Of a stretch of 64,000 nucleotides of DNA, positions 1 through 23,296 are shown piece after piece. The DNA lies in contig OZ004610.1 in the NCBI GenBank assembly GCA_963924565.1, positions 14,260,001-14,324,000 of the forward strand, written 5' to 3'. Origin of the DNA: Ascidiella aspersa (taxonomy: Eukaryota). The translations under genes and the position numbers were made by a program. Every line of letters begins with the position of its first letter. The first letter of the stretch is position 1. The notes below the pieces were generated by a model. That model ran no database searches. It worked only from the letters and a program-made list of their open reading frames with translations, and was not told the origin of the DNA.

Positions 1-3000
1 CAATTACTGCTTTCTTAGTTTCCCAGAATATATTTTTATACCCTCATATTCAGTCTTTGCCATTTTCTAGTTCAATAAATTGGAGAAAACTGCAGGTAAT
101 TTTAATTCCAATTAAATTTTGAATTACGTTCGTGCTCCAACTCTAGATGTAATCTAATTTCTGTTTAAAAACATTTCTTTATCAAACGGCATTTTTCGTT
201 ACTTAGTCGGAACCTAAATATTTGAATTAATACTTTTAGATCGCAACGGCTCTACAATCGTGTAGATTAATTTCATAGTCTTAAAGCATGGAAAAGGAAC
301 CAAACTTAGTACAGGAATCGTTCCCATCGTTCACATTCCTATGAGAATAAATTGCGACTTGAACTACAGTACACCAATCGTGAATAATTAGATGTAATTT
401 TAGTTCGAACTATGGTCTAATTTTTAGTTTTGGAAAAACAGACTACTAATTTAAGTTGTCCATTCTACTTATGTGTCTTTAAGTACAAGTTTTTTTATTG
501 TTGCTAACTTGTCCTTTACTGCCTTCAAATGTTGACAGTTTTGTTTTAAATTGTAAGTTTACTGTCGTTATTAACGCAAAACTATATTTAACATGTTGTG
601 CGAATAATGCAATTAATTTCCATTAACGAGTTTACGTAACCACGTTTCATTTTTGTTATTTATATTGTGACAAATTTATTGTTTAATAGAGGGTCTTGGT
701 AGTAGAGGGTAATATTTTGGCACTTCTTTAATTTTAAAAGTGGTCTATTTGTTATACAAACTAAAGGATTTATATTATACGCTTAATCCAACCTTTTTTT
801 TCTTTTGTTTTTAAATATAACTAAATTTAAAATGCCTTCAGTGCAATAGTATATCAAGTGTTTTGTTGGGCTTGAAATACAGCGTTAAATGTAAAAAGTT
901 AAAAAAAAATAGAGAAACTTCTTTTAGGATGCGGACATATAGCCAATGAAAATCTAAACAAAATGCAAAAAACAGTAGCATTTTGGTAACCGTGGATTAG
1001 CGGATAATATAATATAAGAGTGTTTTTTAATACGCTTAATCCAACCTAAATACTATGAACGTAAACGCCAATGGGGCTCTAGTGCGTCGTCTAGTGAATA
1101 AATATTCTCTTAACAAGTCGCATTAGGTTTTTGTTGAGAAAGCCTGTTATAGATTCCAATATTGTTTCATGTATCGTTGCTGCTTAACTGCGGATGTCGA
1201 ATTGCGCTTTTCTTCCGGCGCAAGTTGCGCTGTAAACAAACATTTGCAATATTATTGTACCCTTTACAAATGCTACTACAACCACAAACAAAAAGGGGGA
1301 ATGGTTTTTGAAGCAAGAGCGAAAAAAAATATTTGTTGTGACGGATTTTTACGAGAATGATCAATTAAGTTTCTGATTGCTTGATTTTTTATTTGAAAAA
1401 CATTTAACACATTTGAAAAAAAACAAAAAAAAAACACACATTAACATTTGCAGTTTACAGTTTACCAAAGGATCCATAATTACCTCTGCTTTGGTTAGGA
1501 TGCTCGGGTAACAATTATAACAGCCGAAGTGTTGGAAAATATAATCAACAGCAGTGTCGATAGCGAAAAAAGAAACAGTGTTAGGCGGCAAATAAAATGT
1601 GAGAAAGCAGTAATAATACAAAACATGTAAACTACAAAAATAATTATATTATTTAATGCTAAGGCATGAAATGTTTTAATGCTAAGGCATGGACTTTGTT
1701 AAGCCACTTATATTCCGCTATATTTAAAAGTTAATATGGAGTTGAGCGAATTGCACATAAAACGATTAAAATTGAACGGTTAGCGAGATAAATAACTTTT
1801 ATGAAACAAAGCGTAACAAAATGTTATAAAGCAATGATTTCTAACCTATGTGATGCAATTTAGATTTTGGTCGCGGTTTGATTTGGTTGCGTCGTCTACT
1901 GTAGTAGTTCACATGTCTGTGTTTATTGAAATTAGTTATAAGAAAGATTTTTTCCGAAATTTCATGAAACACATGCATCATATAGTCATATAAATTAAAA
2001 AACATTATTATTGCTATTTGTCTTATTAATCTTTGTTCAGCATCAAGTTCAGTAACGATTCGGGTTGTAAAATTAAGCTTATATAGTATTTGGGTCGCCA
2101 CGAAATTCTTGTCCGAGGTACCGTCGCACTTAAGAGAGTTTCAAACCGAGCGATGGGCTATCCATAACAGGGGACGTAGCATTTATGCACAATGTACACT
2201 TAAATGCGCTCACGGAAATGTGCTTTTTCAGAATGCGTGGACATTTTAAAATGGATTCAAAAATGTGGAAGTGAAGTTGAAGACAAAGTTAGATGAAGAG
2301 GTGGAAGAAGAGTGGAAATAAGAGTTGGAGAAGAGTTCGAACAAGGAGTTAGAGAAATCGCGCGCCTGAACCAAACTCAGAAAGATCTCGGCGGGCCGTA
2401 ATAAAATTAAACGAATAATTTTGTTAAAAAGTATAGTTTTAAGCGTTCCATTATAATTACTGTTAATCAGGAACGGATCCATTTTTTTGAATTTGACAAT
2501 CAGCTAATTAGCCTACTTTTAAAAAGAATGTGGTAAAGCGTTTGTTTGGATTTAGGTTGAGTTAGCACAACGCCATTGATGATCACAATGAAAAGGTATA
2601 AATATAAATATGCGAAACTTCCATTGTTGGTAGTTCCTGATTATGTATGGCGCCTTTAGGCCGAAAAGATTTTATTGAAACGCAAACATGCCAGTGTAAG
2701 ACCAAGATCGCGCGAAACGCGCAAAATTTTACACTCATGTATAGTTGTATACTGTTTAGTTAAAACAGACAAAAAGGCGACGGCCTCTTGCCTAGTACTT
2801 TAATAACCGATCTTTTGGTGATGGTTTAAGAACTCGCTGTCCAGATAACGTTTTTCTGCGATGTTGATGATTTGTTGAAGTTTGAACAATAGAAATCTTG
2901 CGTTCTATTTAGGAGCTATGTCAATAACGTCTTGAGTTTTTAAGATCCTGGTAAAGTCTGGGTTGTAGTTAAAACCTGGTGCAAGCCTTGGTTGCAAGAA

Positions 3001-4689
3001 AATCGTTAATTTATCAACTAATTTTGAACAGCCCATAAATGAAAGTAACTTCATTACATTCAGAACAATATTTGGCATACCAAACACTAAAAAATAATAT
3101 AGCACTAGGTATTTTGGAGTAGATATTTTAATTAAAACATTTAACTTAAATTAAGTCAAATCATTTTGGCCAATCGGATCAAGCTCAGTTAAGTCATTTG
3201 AAAAAAGTGATCAGAGTCACATGATTGACTTAAATCATTGCAACCCTAGTAATCAATCATACCAACATTACCAACACTAGTAAAGTCACCTTATAGTTTC
3301 GCACTCAATCTTTTTCTTAAAAAATTATAATTTAATTATAGTTTACCGACTCCAAGGAGTCAAACCGGCCAAAATCCAAATGTGCCTCATCACTGTAACA
3401 TGGAGAAATAGTCATGGCCTAAAAAATTGTAAATCTAGGAAACGCTGGCATTTGTGATACGGATAATTAAAACCAGTTAAGGGGTCATACACGCAATCAA
3501 GTTGTTCACGTTTAGCTTTCAATCAAAGGACGCATATTTATAGACTTCGAACAACTGCTCGGTGTCAAGTTCGATGTGGTTCGTCTTAGGAGGCCGTCCA
3601 AGAAATCAATTAAGGCGTCGCTCGACTAAGAAAGCGAGTTGTACATGTGGCATCGCGGTTCTCAATGCTGTGTGTTGTGTGAAGTGGTAAACTACAATGG
3701 CGCATTGCCGAGTTTAACAGCAGGGTTGTGCATCTATAAATATTTCGCCTTTCAAAAAAAAAAAAACTAAGAGGATTGGACGGTGGGCCACACCTATTTT
3801 AACGCTTACCCACGGCCATAAGTTATTGTTGTTCGAATCTGTAACCAAATTAAAACAAACAATTTAATTATTCACGGAACCTCTGTTATACAATTTAATT
3901 TTAGCTAACAGTTCGTGCAGGCAGTTTATAAACTGATTTTTGAAAAATAATTGAAAAAAATCCGTTGATTTTTCTCTAAATGTGGACATATGAGGAATGT
4001 GAGAAATGCAACTGTCTCAAAAGCACATGCATTCGGAGGCAACAAAAAATTGAAAACATGGCATATTCAAATGTCGGTTTTCGTTTGGGTTTATAGAACT
4101 GCTTACAAAATCTTAGTTGTTTACGTAAATCATTGCTAAGATAAAATGTTCATAAATATGTTAATAGTATATGATTTTTAATTGATGTTTCCTATAGACT
4201 TGTTAGCTTTTTTAGGTATTGAGCTAAGGGAAAAAACATTAAAGTTTAAAATACACTAGACATTTATGTTCATACGTCATTAGGCTAAATAATAACGTAA
4301 CAAGCAATTAAATTTATTCTAATAAATAATACAATATAGAAATGTTTTTTGGGCATTAAAAGGCTTGTGGAAATCGAATAAAAATGTGTTGTCAATGTCG
4401 TTTTATTCGATTTAGCCATCTCTTCCTCCGCAAAAGGTTTTGGGTTTAACAAATTTCATGATGTAAAGTACCCCTGCGCCTGTTAAAAAAATACACATAA
4501 AAATCGACCCTGTTGCAAAAAAGTTTCAGCCATTTTGATTTAAAGGTCTAATTTGATTTTGGATAAAAATGTTACGGAAACGACAAATCTACTCCTTGCC
4601 AAAGCAACCAATTGGTTTTCACTGCACTTGAAGTTGGCATACTTTGCAACAACCCTGGTGAATCCATCGCTCAAACACAGCACAGCTCT

Positions 4690-5560
4690 TACTTTCCAAA
4701 GCGACGCCTCAAAAGGTTTGGCATCATCATGGCAAAGCAAAAGGCGAGGAGCGTTTGCCTCCTCCGTGCCGCAACAAGAATAAAGGTCGTGGCCGCTGCA
4801 CGACCCCGAGCGTCTTCTCACGCACCGCAACGCGGCTCCCAGCTTCCAGCGCGCATTCTGGAACGCCACAGGGAATCGTCGCGGCCGCCTTGGCACGAGC
4901 AAGCGCCCCTGTCCCGCTTCTAATGGGCCGAGCCGCGCGGTCAATGTTGAGAGCGAGTGTGATCTTCTGCAATGGCATCAGCGGCAGCGAAGACGTCTGA
5001 AGTTGCCCAAGGCCCTCCGTTAATTGCTTAATGGACACGTATCCGCTGCGTGCTCCTTGCTTCGAAAGACGCCGTTCCGAAAGGGCCTCCTATCTCCTGG
5101 GGCACGCGGCAGCCCGACGCTGCAGCGGTGACGCGATTCTAATTTATTGCTCGTAATGAACAGTTATGAAGTTGCACTTTTGACCCAGGCTTGCCGTGTC
5201 GCCCTACGGCCCACCGATAGAAGGTCGCGGCCAGCGCGTTCACACGCCTTCGCGGACCAATCCCCGAGCGCCCACAGCCGTTCGTTGTGAACTTAGTCGC
5301 TCCAAGAAAAGCCAAAGCAGGCCGGGCCAAGGCTGTATTACCGCTTTACTTTGCTCAGCGCGCCAAGAAACCTTGGAAACCCGATCTCATCAGCCAAGTA
5401 ATGACCCGCCGATGAGCGACAATTTTCAATTACAGCCGAGTGACTGCGGCGCGACCATCGTAATGTAATCGCCTCGTCGCTCGTGCAGCAAATTTTATAA
5501 TGAATTTCGATAAGCGAAATGCGATAATGATGTGTTCGCAGCGCTTGACTGACTGAAAAT
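4690..5560. promoter_or_regulatory. CpG/GC-rich non-coding block just 3' of Prrx, candidate enhancer
   Basis: Sharp GC/CpG rise against the AT-rich flanks. No recognisable protein in any frame. Contains TAAT/ATTA cores (e.g. TTAATTGCTTAATGG at ~5020). Confidence 0.4.
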
Positions 5561-5686
5561 GGTAACCAGTTCGTATTTTGTCATGGGACACGAACTGGAG
5601 TTTGACGAGAAATTTTGAAGCCACAAGAAAGAAAAGTGAGCGACAAAGTACCAGGATGATAAAAAAAGAGTTTTTCATTACAAGGC

Positions 5687-5692
5687 TTTATT
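5687..5692 (-). terminator. Candidate polyadenylation signal (AATAAA) of Prrx
   Basis: AATAAA on the minus strand about 280 nt downstream of the Prrx stop codon. Confidence 0.45.
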
Positions 5693-5968
5693 CGAATAAG
5701 TGGAACTTTTCGTCATTTTGTTGTTGGAACATGTAAAATAGCGCAAGGCAGTAACACCAGTCACAACAATACACGAAATTAAACAACCAATCATAATAGG
5801 ACATATTAAATGTCAGGTAAGCGATACAAACAAAATGGGTTCTAAGGAAAAAGCACCTTCCATCTTTAACGTCCTGAACGTACATTTGCTAATCAAGCAC
5901 AGGCCACAGTCAAAAATGGCCCGATGACCTTTTCCTCAATAAAATAAGTCTGCTGAAAATTCAGTCGG

Positions 5969-11720
<5,752 letters not shown>

Positions 11721-12554
11721 AACACACGCGTCGCTTTTACGACAGGACGCCTTCAAGTCGTCAAGGATTCCTTTTCGCGTCAGCCAGACACACGCCGTAA
11801 AGCGACCGCAAATGAGCGGTGGAAAATAACTATCCTGGGATTTAGGCCAATCGGAAAACAAAACCTTTTTTTCTGCGATTTTATAAATGGTAGTATGGTA
11901 AATTTCTTGAAAATGAACATTTATGCGCCTACAAGAAAAATTAAGTGAAGTGCATTCAAATAAATTTTTATATAAACCAACCTTCACAATTTGAAAAACG
12001 AGAAAAAAATATATGTTAATAAATTATTTGTTTTAGGAAGCATTTTAGTTATTTGCGTTTTATTTGCTTCTTGCATTATTCGCCGTAAAACCTTGTCATA
12101 AATTCAAGCTCCATACCGACAACTTGCAGCGACTTGTTTTTGGAATTTATTGTACCTCGGAAAATATTTTTCTATCTTGAGATGAAGCATAAAGTTAAAA
12201 ATGTTGCTTTTCCCTGAACGTAGCACATTTATTACTTAATTACTCTTAACTTAATTACTCGTGCGCAATTAATTACTCTTAAACTAGATACGTCGCCAAT
12301 ACTTATAATTATTTGATTATGGTTTAATTTACAGGTGGTTTATATATGAAGAAAATCGGGTCTCATTAGGATTGCAAACACTTTTTTATTGTTTTTCTGC
12401 TTCTTGCGCTCTTTCAGAGAACAAAAGAAATCTACAAAACAACTCGTTGTCTAATTACCACTGACAATATTTTAATGATTTGAAGTTGTATTAAACGCCC
12501 TGTTCGCCAACGATTTTTTTAACTGACAGCAGTTCGTTGGAATATGGCATAGAG

Positions 12555-13791
12555 CAGTGGTCGGCAACCGCCGGTCCGAGGAGTTCGTTACCGGTCCATA
12601 GCAGGGTGGCCAGATTAAAATTTTAATCTAAACCAAAACCGTACGTAACAAGCAAGATAAAAGTAAAAAAAAAATTAAATGTATTTCTATATTGAAAATA
12701 TATTAACTTTCGTTTGAATGTACTCCATGGTTGATTGGTATGATAAAAACCACTATACACGAGTATAATTCAAAACAGATAGTCTGGTATGGCCATAGGA
12801 GTTAAGGCACATTCACAACGTTAAAAGTGATTTTTCTTATCGTAAAATCCAACTCCTCGTAGGCTACGCTGTGCAATATATCGAAAAATGGACCAAAATA
12901 TTATGTTTTTTTATGTTAGCGAGTGCTCACCCTAAAGTCGAGTGCTCTCCCTAAAGTATTCTAGTATAATAAAATCATTCGTGTATTCGATGATAAAGTT
13001 AAATTGATTAACCCCATGCACTTAACACCCGGCTGTTTGAGAAGCTATGTGACTGAGAGGACATGAATGCGCCACACAAGTACCTTCTTTTGCACACAGA
13101 AGTAAGGTGGCTCTCACGAGAAAAAAACATTAAACAGAGAGCGTTTAAATTGCGTAAATCACTGCTAAGATTTTTATTAGAGAAACATTTAGACCTTGGT
13201 AACAAATATAGACGAAAACTAGGTTGTAAAACTTGCCTACTTGTGTGACATATTTCACTTGCGTGTTATATTACTAGAGTTCAAGCGCTATTTTCGTAAA
13301 AACCGTGGGACTGCAAATAAATGGATTCGTGATCCATTTATTTTCGAAACAGGTGAATCGACCTTAGAAGTGCGACAAGAGGACCAATTGCTGGACATTG
13401 TAAATAATGGCTGCTTAAAATGAACTTTTCATGCAAATACTTTACCAATGTTTGGATGAAGGTCTTGCCAGAATACCCTAACCTTGCCATAAAAGCATTA
13501 CAGCTTTTTGCTGCCATTTCTGACATCTTACTTGTGCGAATCTGGATTTTCTGCGATGACAGCACAAAAGGCAAAACCACAAAACAGAAAGAAAATGAGG
13601 GAAATATATTGCGGGTTTCATTAAGTTAAATAATAATAATTCCTATAGATTGCGCAAAACAAGCTCAGAGTTCTCATTGCTAAAAGTTGCACTAAATTTG
13701 ATTTACTGAACATTTGTTTTTTTAAGGCCGGTCCGCGGCCAAATTTAAGTTTTAAACCGGTCCGCAGTGGAAAAAAGGTTGCCGACCCCTG
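12555..13791 (+). mobile_element. Internally deleted hAT (Buster/Charlie-type) DNA transposon with a decayed transposase
   Basis: 15-bp TIRs CAGTGGTCGGCAACC / GGTTGCCGACCCCTG and a perfect 8-bp TSD GCATAGAG (central TA, typical of Buster). Frameshifted transposase motifs LLLHTEVRWLSR, WIRDPF and LPEYPNLAIKAL lie at 13063-13629. Confidence 0.92.
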
Positions 13792-14519
13792 GCATAGAGT
13801 ATAGCAGAATCTTATAAAATATCAATATTTATATTAACATATTAAATAACTTCGGGTAAATCGGTGTAAACAAAGAGCGACCCAAACAGGTACAGTGACG
13901 GTTTGCTACCGTTTGTATTTGTCATTTCAATTTAAACTTTTCGGCTACCTGCGTTTCAGCAACAAAATCGCCTGACTGAAGATAGCTACAGTACTCCGTC
14001 TAGCAAAAAAATATTCGAGTTAAACAGATATAATGTAAAACAAAAAACAGTGTTTTTTCCTTTAGATGCTTGTCCACAGAGCTTTCCTTGTAGATTTTTT
14101 TTTAATTTATGATATAGGAAGAAAACTTTTTTAAAAAGTGTATACAGTCTGTCAACAAGAATATTTTCTACAACAAATACATTGTTTTTAACCCATCTTA
14201 AAGTTTGTTTACACTTTAAAAAGAGCAAAAGAAATAAATAAAATTTCACGTTGAATCAAGCTCAAGGCAAGTTAAAAATCTTAGAAACCGATAGTTCGTT
14301 TAGACGTAAAACTTAAATATATTATTTTAGATAATTTTGAATGTAGGTTAATACTACTTTCTCCACGGAGTCACGCCATTTTAGGACCCAACTCGGGGTG
14401 TAAACGGAAAAAGTAAATAAAAACTTGCACTGACAATCTAACAAAAATATTCCAGAAGGAAAACGGTTAAGTTCGACTAAAATTTGTAGCAATTTCCCCA
14501 AAGAGTCAGCTTTATTAGT

Positions 14520-16520
14520 CGTCTTGAGTTAGCGCGAATCACCTCACAACAAGCTCGTCGCCTAATCGCCAACATTTCCTGTATAGTAAATCGACGCGTC
14601 CACTGCGCTCTCCGCTTGCCAGCTTAATGTTGTGATCGAATCAACCTCAATCGTATTTGCGCCACCGCACAGCATAGCACTCGCGAGCGTTGCGCCACCG
14701 GCGAGTGATCATCATCTCCCAGTGGCCACTCGAGTAGATCCAGAGCATCAAGCAAGCAACTCAACCAACAGCGGCCCACGATCGAGTCGCCCTTGCTGCT
14801 GCTGCTGCTGCTGCTTCGAACTGCGATCGCAGCGCGCACGATTCAAGTTAATGGATTTGTCCCGAGTGTGAGAAGACCCCAGGGACTGGCAAGCGACAAC
14901 CGTTAAAAGTGAAGCTCCGTGAGCTCGCTCCCATAGTGCTGAGCTGCTCAACTTAGATCGCCGCTTTCACCGCGGCGACGACGTTGATGGCGCGCCCGGG
15001 GTTTATCGCACATTATTAAGACACACACGTTGAAGCGGCTCCCCCCTGCATTATGGTGCAGTGCACGCCAGCGCCTTGGACGCCGGTGCATTTAAGTCAT
15101 TAGGCGATTGAAGCGGTGTGCGAATTCCAGGTTGCGATAAATTGCTAGCCAATTTTAACAGTTTGCGGTAATTTGCCGCAAATTATGCTTTAAGCAACAC
15201 CGCCGGCAACAACAACACGAGAAAGGATTTTGGTTTGGTAACAAATCTGCCTAACAACAACTTGTCATAGTTTCATATCATTTTCATGACAAGACTTGAA
15301 CGTTTAGTAAACAAAATTCAAATAAAGTTATATTTTCGTTGAAAATATAGTTTCGTCGAAGCGTATACAACGTGTAGCCTGATATCGCAAGATACCTGTC
15401 AAATACGTGAAATAAACAAACTACTGAATACTAAACATTAACTTTACGAGTATGTTTAAAGTCCTCGTTTTGGCCTTATTCTCGGCAACATCGCGCGCTT
15501 TTAGGCGAAAACTTGGCAAAAATCGCAATAGCCGGCTTTCGCTCCATATCAAAGCTTCCATTATCGCAACGTGGGCCAAAGTTTTTGATGGCTAGCAGGC
15601 GTCTATCTATCAAAATGCGGCAAACGGGGCCTTCCGCCAGCTGTGATCTGCCCTTTGATGTCACTGATTCATTCTCGCGCACTGTTTATAACCAGCAAGG
15701 GGCATTTCTTGGGCTACTGGTCAAATCATTTTTTGCGAGGGCTGAGAACTCCGCGTAAACAGTTTCTTGTAAATAACCAGACTATAGTTCTCTTGTCTGA
15801 TCTCAGTTTAACGCTGTTGATGTTTTCCATCTTAAAAATCACCACTAAAAGTGCTCATATTCACTTACATGTTTAAAGATCAGATTCTTCGTTTCAAAAA
15901 GTGTCTATAACTGTTTATTAGGCAAAATTCAACTTATTCTTTACAAAAAATTAGACGTTTAAATTGATTATTATTGATTCAAAACTACCGGTTAGTTATC
16001 ATGTTAAGCTATTACTAAAACCAATGGCAGAGTTTGGGCATACACTGACTGCGCGCACACACGTATACTCATACACACAAGAGATGATGAGCAATAAATG
16101 TTGGGAAATCTTATACGGGCGGCAGTTAATATCGCTTGTAGCAGGCCCCAAGAGTCCGTGAGCCTGCTGCGTCCGAAGGCAGTACAAAGCCGTAAGTCGA
16201 AAATTCCGGCGCACTTTGCCGGGAAGGTTTTCTTGCTGCTGATCGTCCCGTCATTCATCGTTGCGAATTCGCCCTTTGTCTTGCCTTCGCACTTTGATCC
16301 AGAAGTTGCGACGTGGAGCAATGTTGCTGCCCCTTGATTGACGTCGGGCGAGGGCTTTGATCTCGCGTCCACGAGATGAATCCGCTTCGTTATAGACGCG
16401 TTCGTGTCAGGGCGAAGGAACCACGCTTATGCTTTAATTGAGACGTGACACCCTTACAGAACGACTCAAGGAACGAAGGGTTAGTGCGTCAAAATAGTCG
16501 AAGGGTTAGTGCGTCAAAAT
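14520..16520. promoter_or_regulatory. CpG-rich upstream regulatory region of Prrx (blocks ~14520-15210, 15480-15760, 16110-16520), including a (CTG)n run at ~14794-14815
   Basis: GC/CpG-rich non-coding blocks 3-5 kb upstream of the Prrx ATG. The overlapping short ORFs lack homology and splice-consistent structure. Confidence 0.4.
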
Positions 16521-16522
16521 AG
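16474..16522. repeat. Direct tandem duplication, 25-bp period
   Basis: CGAAGGGTTAGTGCGTCAAAATAG occurs twice, back to back. Confidence 0.85.
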
Positions 16523-17589
16523 AAATGAAAACCATCGTACAATGACCATCGAAACAAACGATCAAGGCCATAACATACTGGAAATTAATTTATGGCGAGG
16601 AAAAAAAACTTGACCTTGTTTTACTTATTTTTTGAAAAAGTTTATGTATTAGGCATAGGCCTCTGGGTTTGTTTGGAGCTGTCATTGTTGAATACAATGT
16701 CTACGGCTTTACCTTTCATGGTTCCACGAAATTAATCCAACATTGTCGGGCTGGGTGTAAAAAGCAAAAAACAGAAAATAGTAAAAACCCGTCATGTTGA
16801 TATACATAGAGGCCTGTGGATTCTGCTAATTGCATATTATGTCAGGTAGAAAGAACTCGATCATGGCTAAAATAATTTACGAATGTTTGGAGGAATAATA
16901 TGGCTAACGTCCCTGCGCTATATAGATCGTAATGTAACTCTGCAAAACTAGTAAATATTGATTTTGCGTAAGCTAAATACCCGACTTACTGGGGTACTTA
17001 TGCCAACTAAGTAGTGAAACTTGTGTAGTCTGTGTATTTATTCAGGTTTAAAACATAAACGACATAAACAAAAAAAGTCGACGGTGCAAATGCAACTGCA
17101 TGCAGGAAGAGATCGTTGCGTTACATAAATTACTATACGCATACCTCTTGAGTTTTCAAAAACGCGGGGAGTTCGTGCAGAATACACCTTAAAGACAGTT
17201 TTGAAACCTATTCGTTCGGCTTAAATTATGGGTCGCAGCGACACAGAATCCGATAGTGAGAATAGGGCCGATAAAGTAGATCTATTCTGATAAATATACA
17301 ATATTAAACAAATACATTAGGACCCTGAGCCAGCCAAACTCACGGGAATTGGTTTATACGCAGGGTCACAGTGTTATATCGAAATAAGAAAGGTTGTGCA
17401 AAGCATCTGCGAAAATAATGGCCGTTCTCGTAACATGACACAACTAAAAATGAATGAATTTTCGTGTGAATTGCGCAATGTTTTTTTTATAAAAACACTT
17501 ATATTTAATTTTTTTTATATTTAAAGTTTATCATCTGTGGTTAATAAAAGAAAGTTTTGTTAAATTTCGTATATACGAATGCCAAATTA

Positions 17590-17814
17590 AAACCCTAATC
17601 CGAGTCCCGAGTCCGACTCTGATTAAATGTGCGGTTTCGTCGAGTACCGATTCCATCTCTGACAATACAGCCTGTATTCCGCCAATTTTTACAACTAAAA
17701 ACGTCGGACTGTAGTTTTACGTGGCATTACAAGAGTCCCGAGTTCGACTCCAGCAAAACTAACGAAATCCGTCGAGTCGGGAGTCCCAAGTCAGAGTCCG
17801 ACTCCGCAGTCCTG
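17590..17814. mobile_element. MITE (GAGTCCGACTCC-repeat family), 3' part
   Basis: Repeated GAGTCCGACTCC units ending in CCGACTCCGCAGTCCTG. Shares GTCGAGTACCGA and CAGCCTGTATT with the copy at 63761. Confidence 0.75.
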
Positions 17815-18005
17815 TTAAGGACCGGTAACTATTAAACAGCCCGTTGTGTATACCCAGTTCGTGGGTCATTTTGCAATCAGCACTTCGAATTATAATCAAG
17901 TAAACAAATCATACATTAACCGACAACTTCGCCAGCAAGTCGTCTCGCGAGCGACCTCTGGCGGCAATACAAAATGTGCTGTGAGCGGCGCGCAGACAAT
18001 ACAAG

Positions 18006-21864
<3,859 letters not shown>

Positions 21865-22190
21865 GATAACAAATTTAACCCATCAGAGCTTACACGGTTA
21901 CACTATAGCTTTTATTTCGATTCGAATATCAATTTTAATTGTGCCCTTCTGCGAATAAACTATAGGGCAGATCAACAGATGCTTCGTTCAAGTAACAATT
22001 GCCGTCGATAACTGAATAAAGAAAATCAAACAGTTTAAAACACTAATAACATCACTTCGTCTACCTCAAATAGGTTAACAAAAAATGAGAAAAAAAGGCC
22101 AGCAGCTGTTCAGTGTTCTTTCATCAACACAGAGAGTTTTCATTTTAAATTGAGCAATAAATATCATTATTAAATAGTGCAGCTATAGTA

Positions 22191-22439
22191 AAATGATTCT
22201 CAAACGTTTTCAGCTGGTGGACTATTTTACTTCCAGTTAACTCTTTGACGGACTCCGTTAATTTTCGAACAAAGTAAATACAAAAACTCATTTAAAACAA
22301 TAACTCGAGTATACAAATCAGTACTCATACAAGTTAAACGCTGCAACTGTCAAAGGATATTAGCGATAGATTTGCGGTCCCCTTGAAACTTTTTTTACAG
22401 GCCCCTAGGATTCCGCGGACCCCAGTTTGAGAATCACTG
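22191..22439. mobile_element. hAT-type MITE
   Basis: AAATGATTCTCAAAC ... GGACCCCAGTTTGAGAATCACTG inverted termini. Degenerate TSD (CTATAGTA / ATCTAGTA). Confidence 0.7.
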
Positions 22440-23100
22440 ATCTAGTACGTTAGTGATCAGTTTCCTTACATTTACGACTAATGGCCACAACCACGTACGA
22501 TATGGTGCAATGGAGAAGTTTGTTAACAAACAAATACGCCAACACTTTCTATTTCAATATGGCGCAACGCAATACAGTTTGCTGTTTATTTATTTTTGTA
22601 TAGGCCAATAGCCAAAATAGCATACACTTCATTCGCTAGCCTGATATAATGTTGAAGTTCGTCAAAAGTATATTAATTAGGTGACTTTGGACAGTAAATA
22701 TAACAACTGCGAAATGTGAATAATGTGCTAGCTCGCCCTGTGTTTGTCAAGACACCCACAGAGAATACAAACCATGTCACATCGCTGTTGAAAGTGTTTA
22801 CACAGGATACTACGGAATGGAATCGGTGCGTATGAAGGTCGTTGATGGCAAACAGCTATTTTTTACTTGTTGAAAATATTTGATAGAATAAGCAAATAGT
22901 TTACCTCACATATTGCCAAATACTTGGACTTTAGTTTCAAACAATTTTAGTGACTTTAGCCTTGTCTATTCATTTTTAGATGTACATTTTTTCACTTATT
23001 TTGCAAAACATTTTTGTGATCAAACGTAACAAAATATTTTGATAACCTTAACCTATACCCTTTTCCAGGCTCTTCTGTATAAAGCATGCTGCGTTAAAAT

Positions 23101-23296
23101 CAGTGTTTCTCAACATTTTACGCACAAGCGTCAATATATCAGCGAAGCTTTGGTGACCTTATTTTTCTGTTTTCCTAACTTTTGAAGAAATTCGCTCTGG
23201 GCCGATCGCTATAAATCTAACCATTTGAAACCACTGTGATCAGAGACACAACTAAATTAATCGGCGACAAATTTTTATGTAGGTTGAGAAACACTG
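23101..23296. mobile_element. hAT-type MITE
   Basis: TIRs CAGTGTTTCTCAAC / GTTGAGAAACACTG. TSD imperfect. Confidence 0.75.

Noticed and set aside
2260-2360. Purine-rich, Glu-coding-like stretch
   Set aside because: Interrupted by stops with no gene context. Probably a decayed repeat.
4540-5468. Cluster of overlapping 60-130 aa ORFs
   Set aside because: By-product of high GC content. No recognisable motifs or consistent splice sites.
14624-14951. Poly-Ser/Gln/Cys ORFs
   Set aside because: They arise from a (CTG)n run in GC-rich non-coding DNA, and no exon chain supports them.
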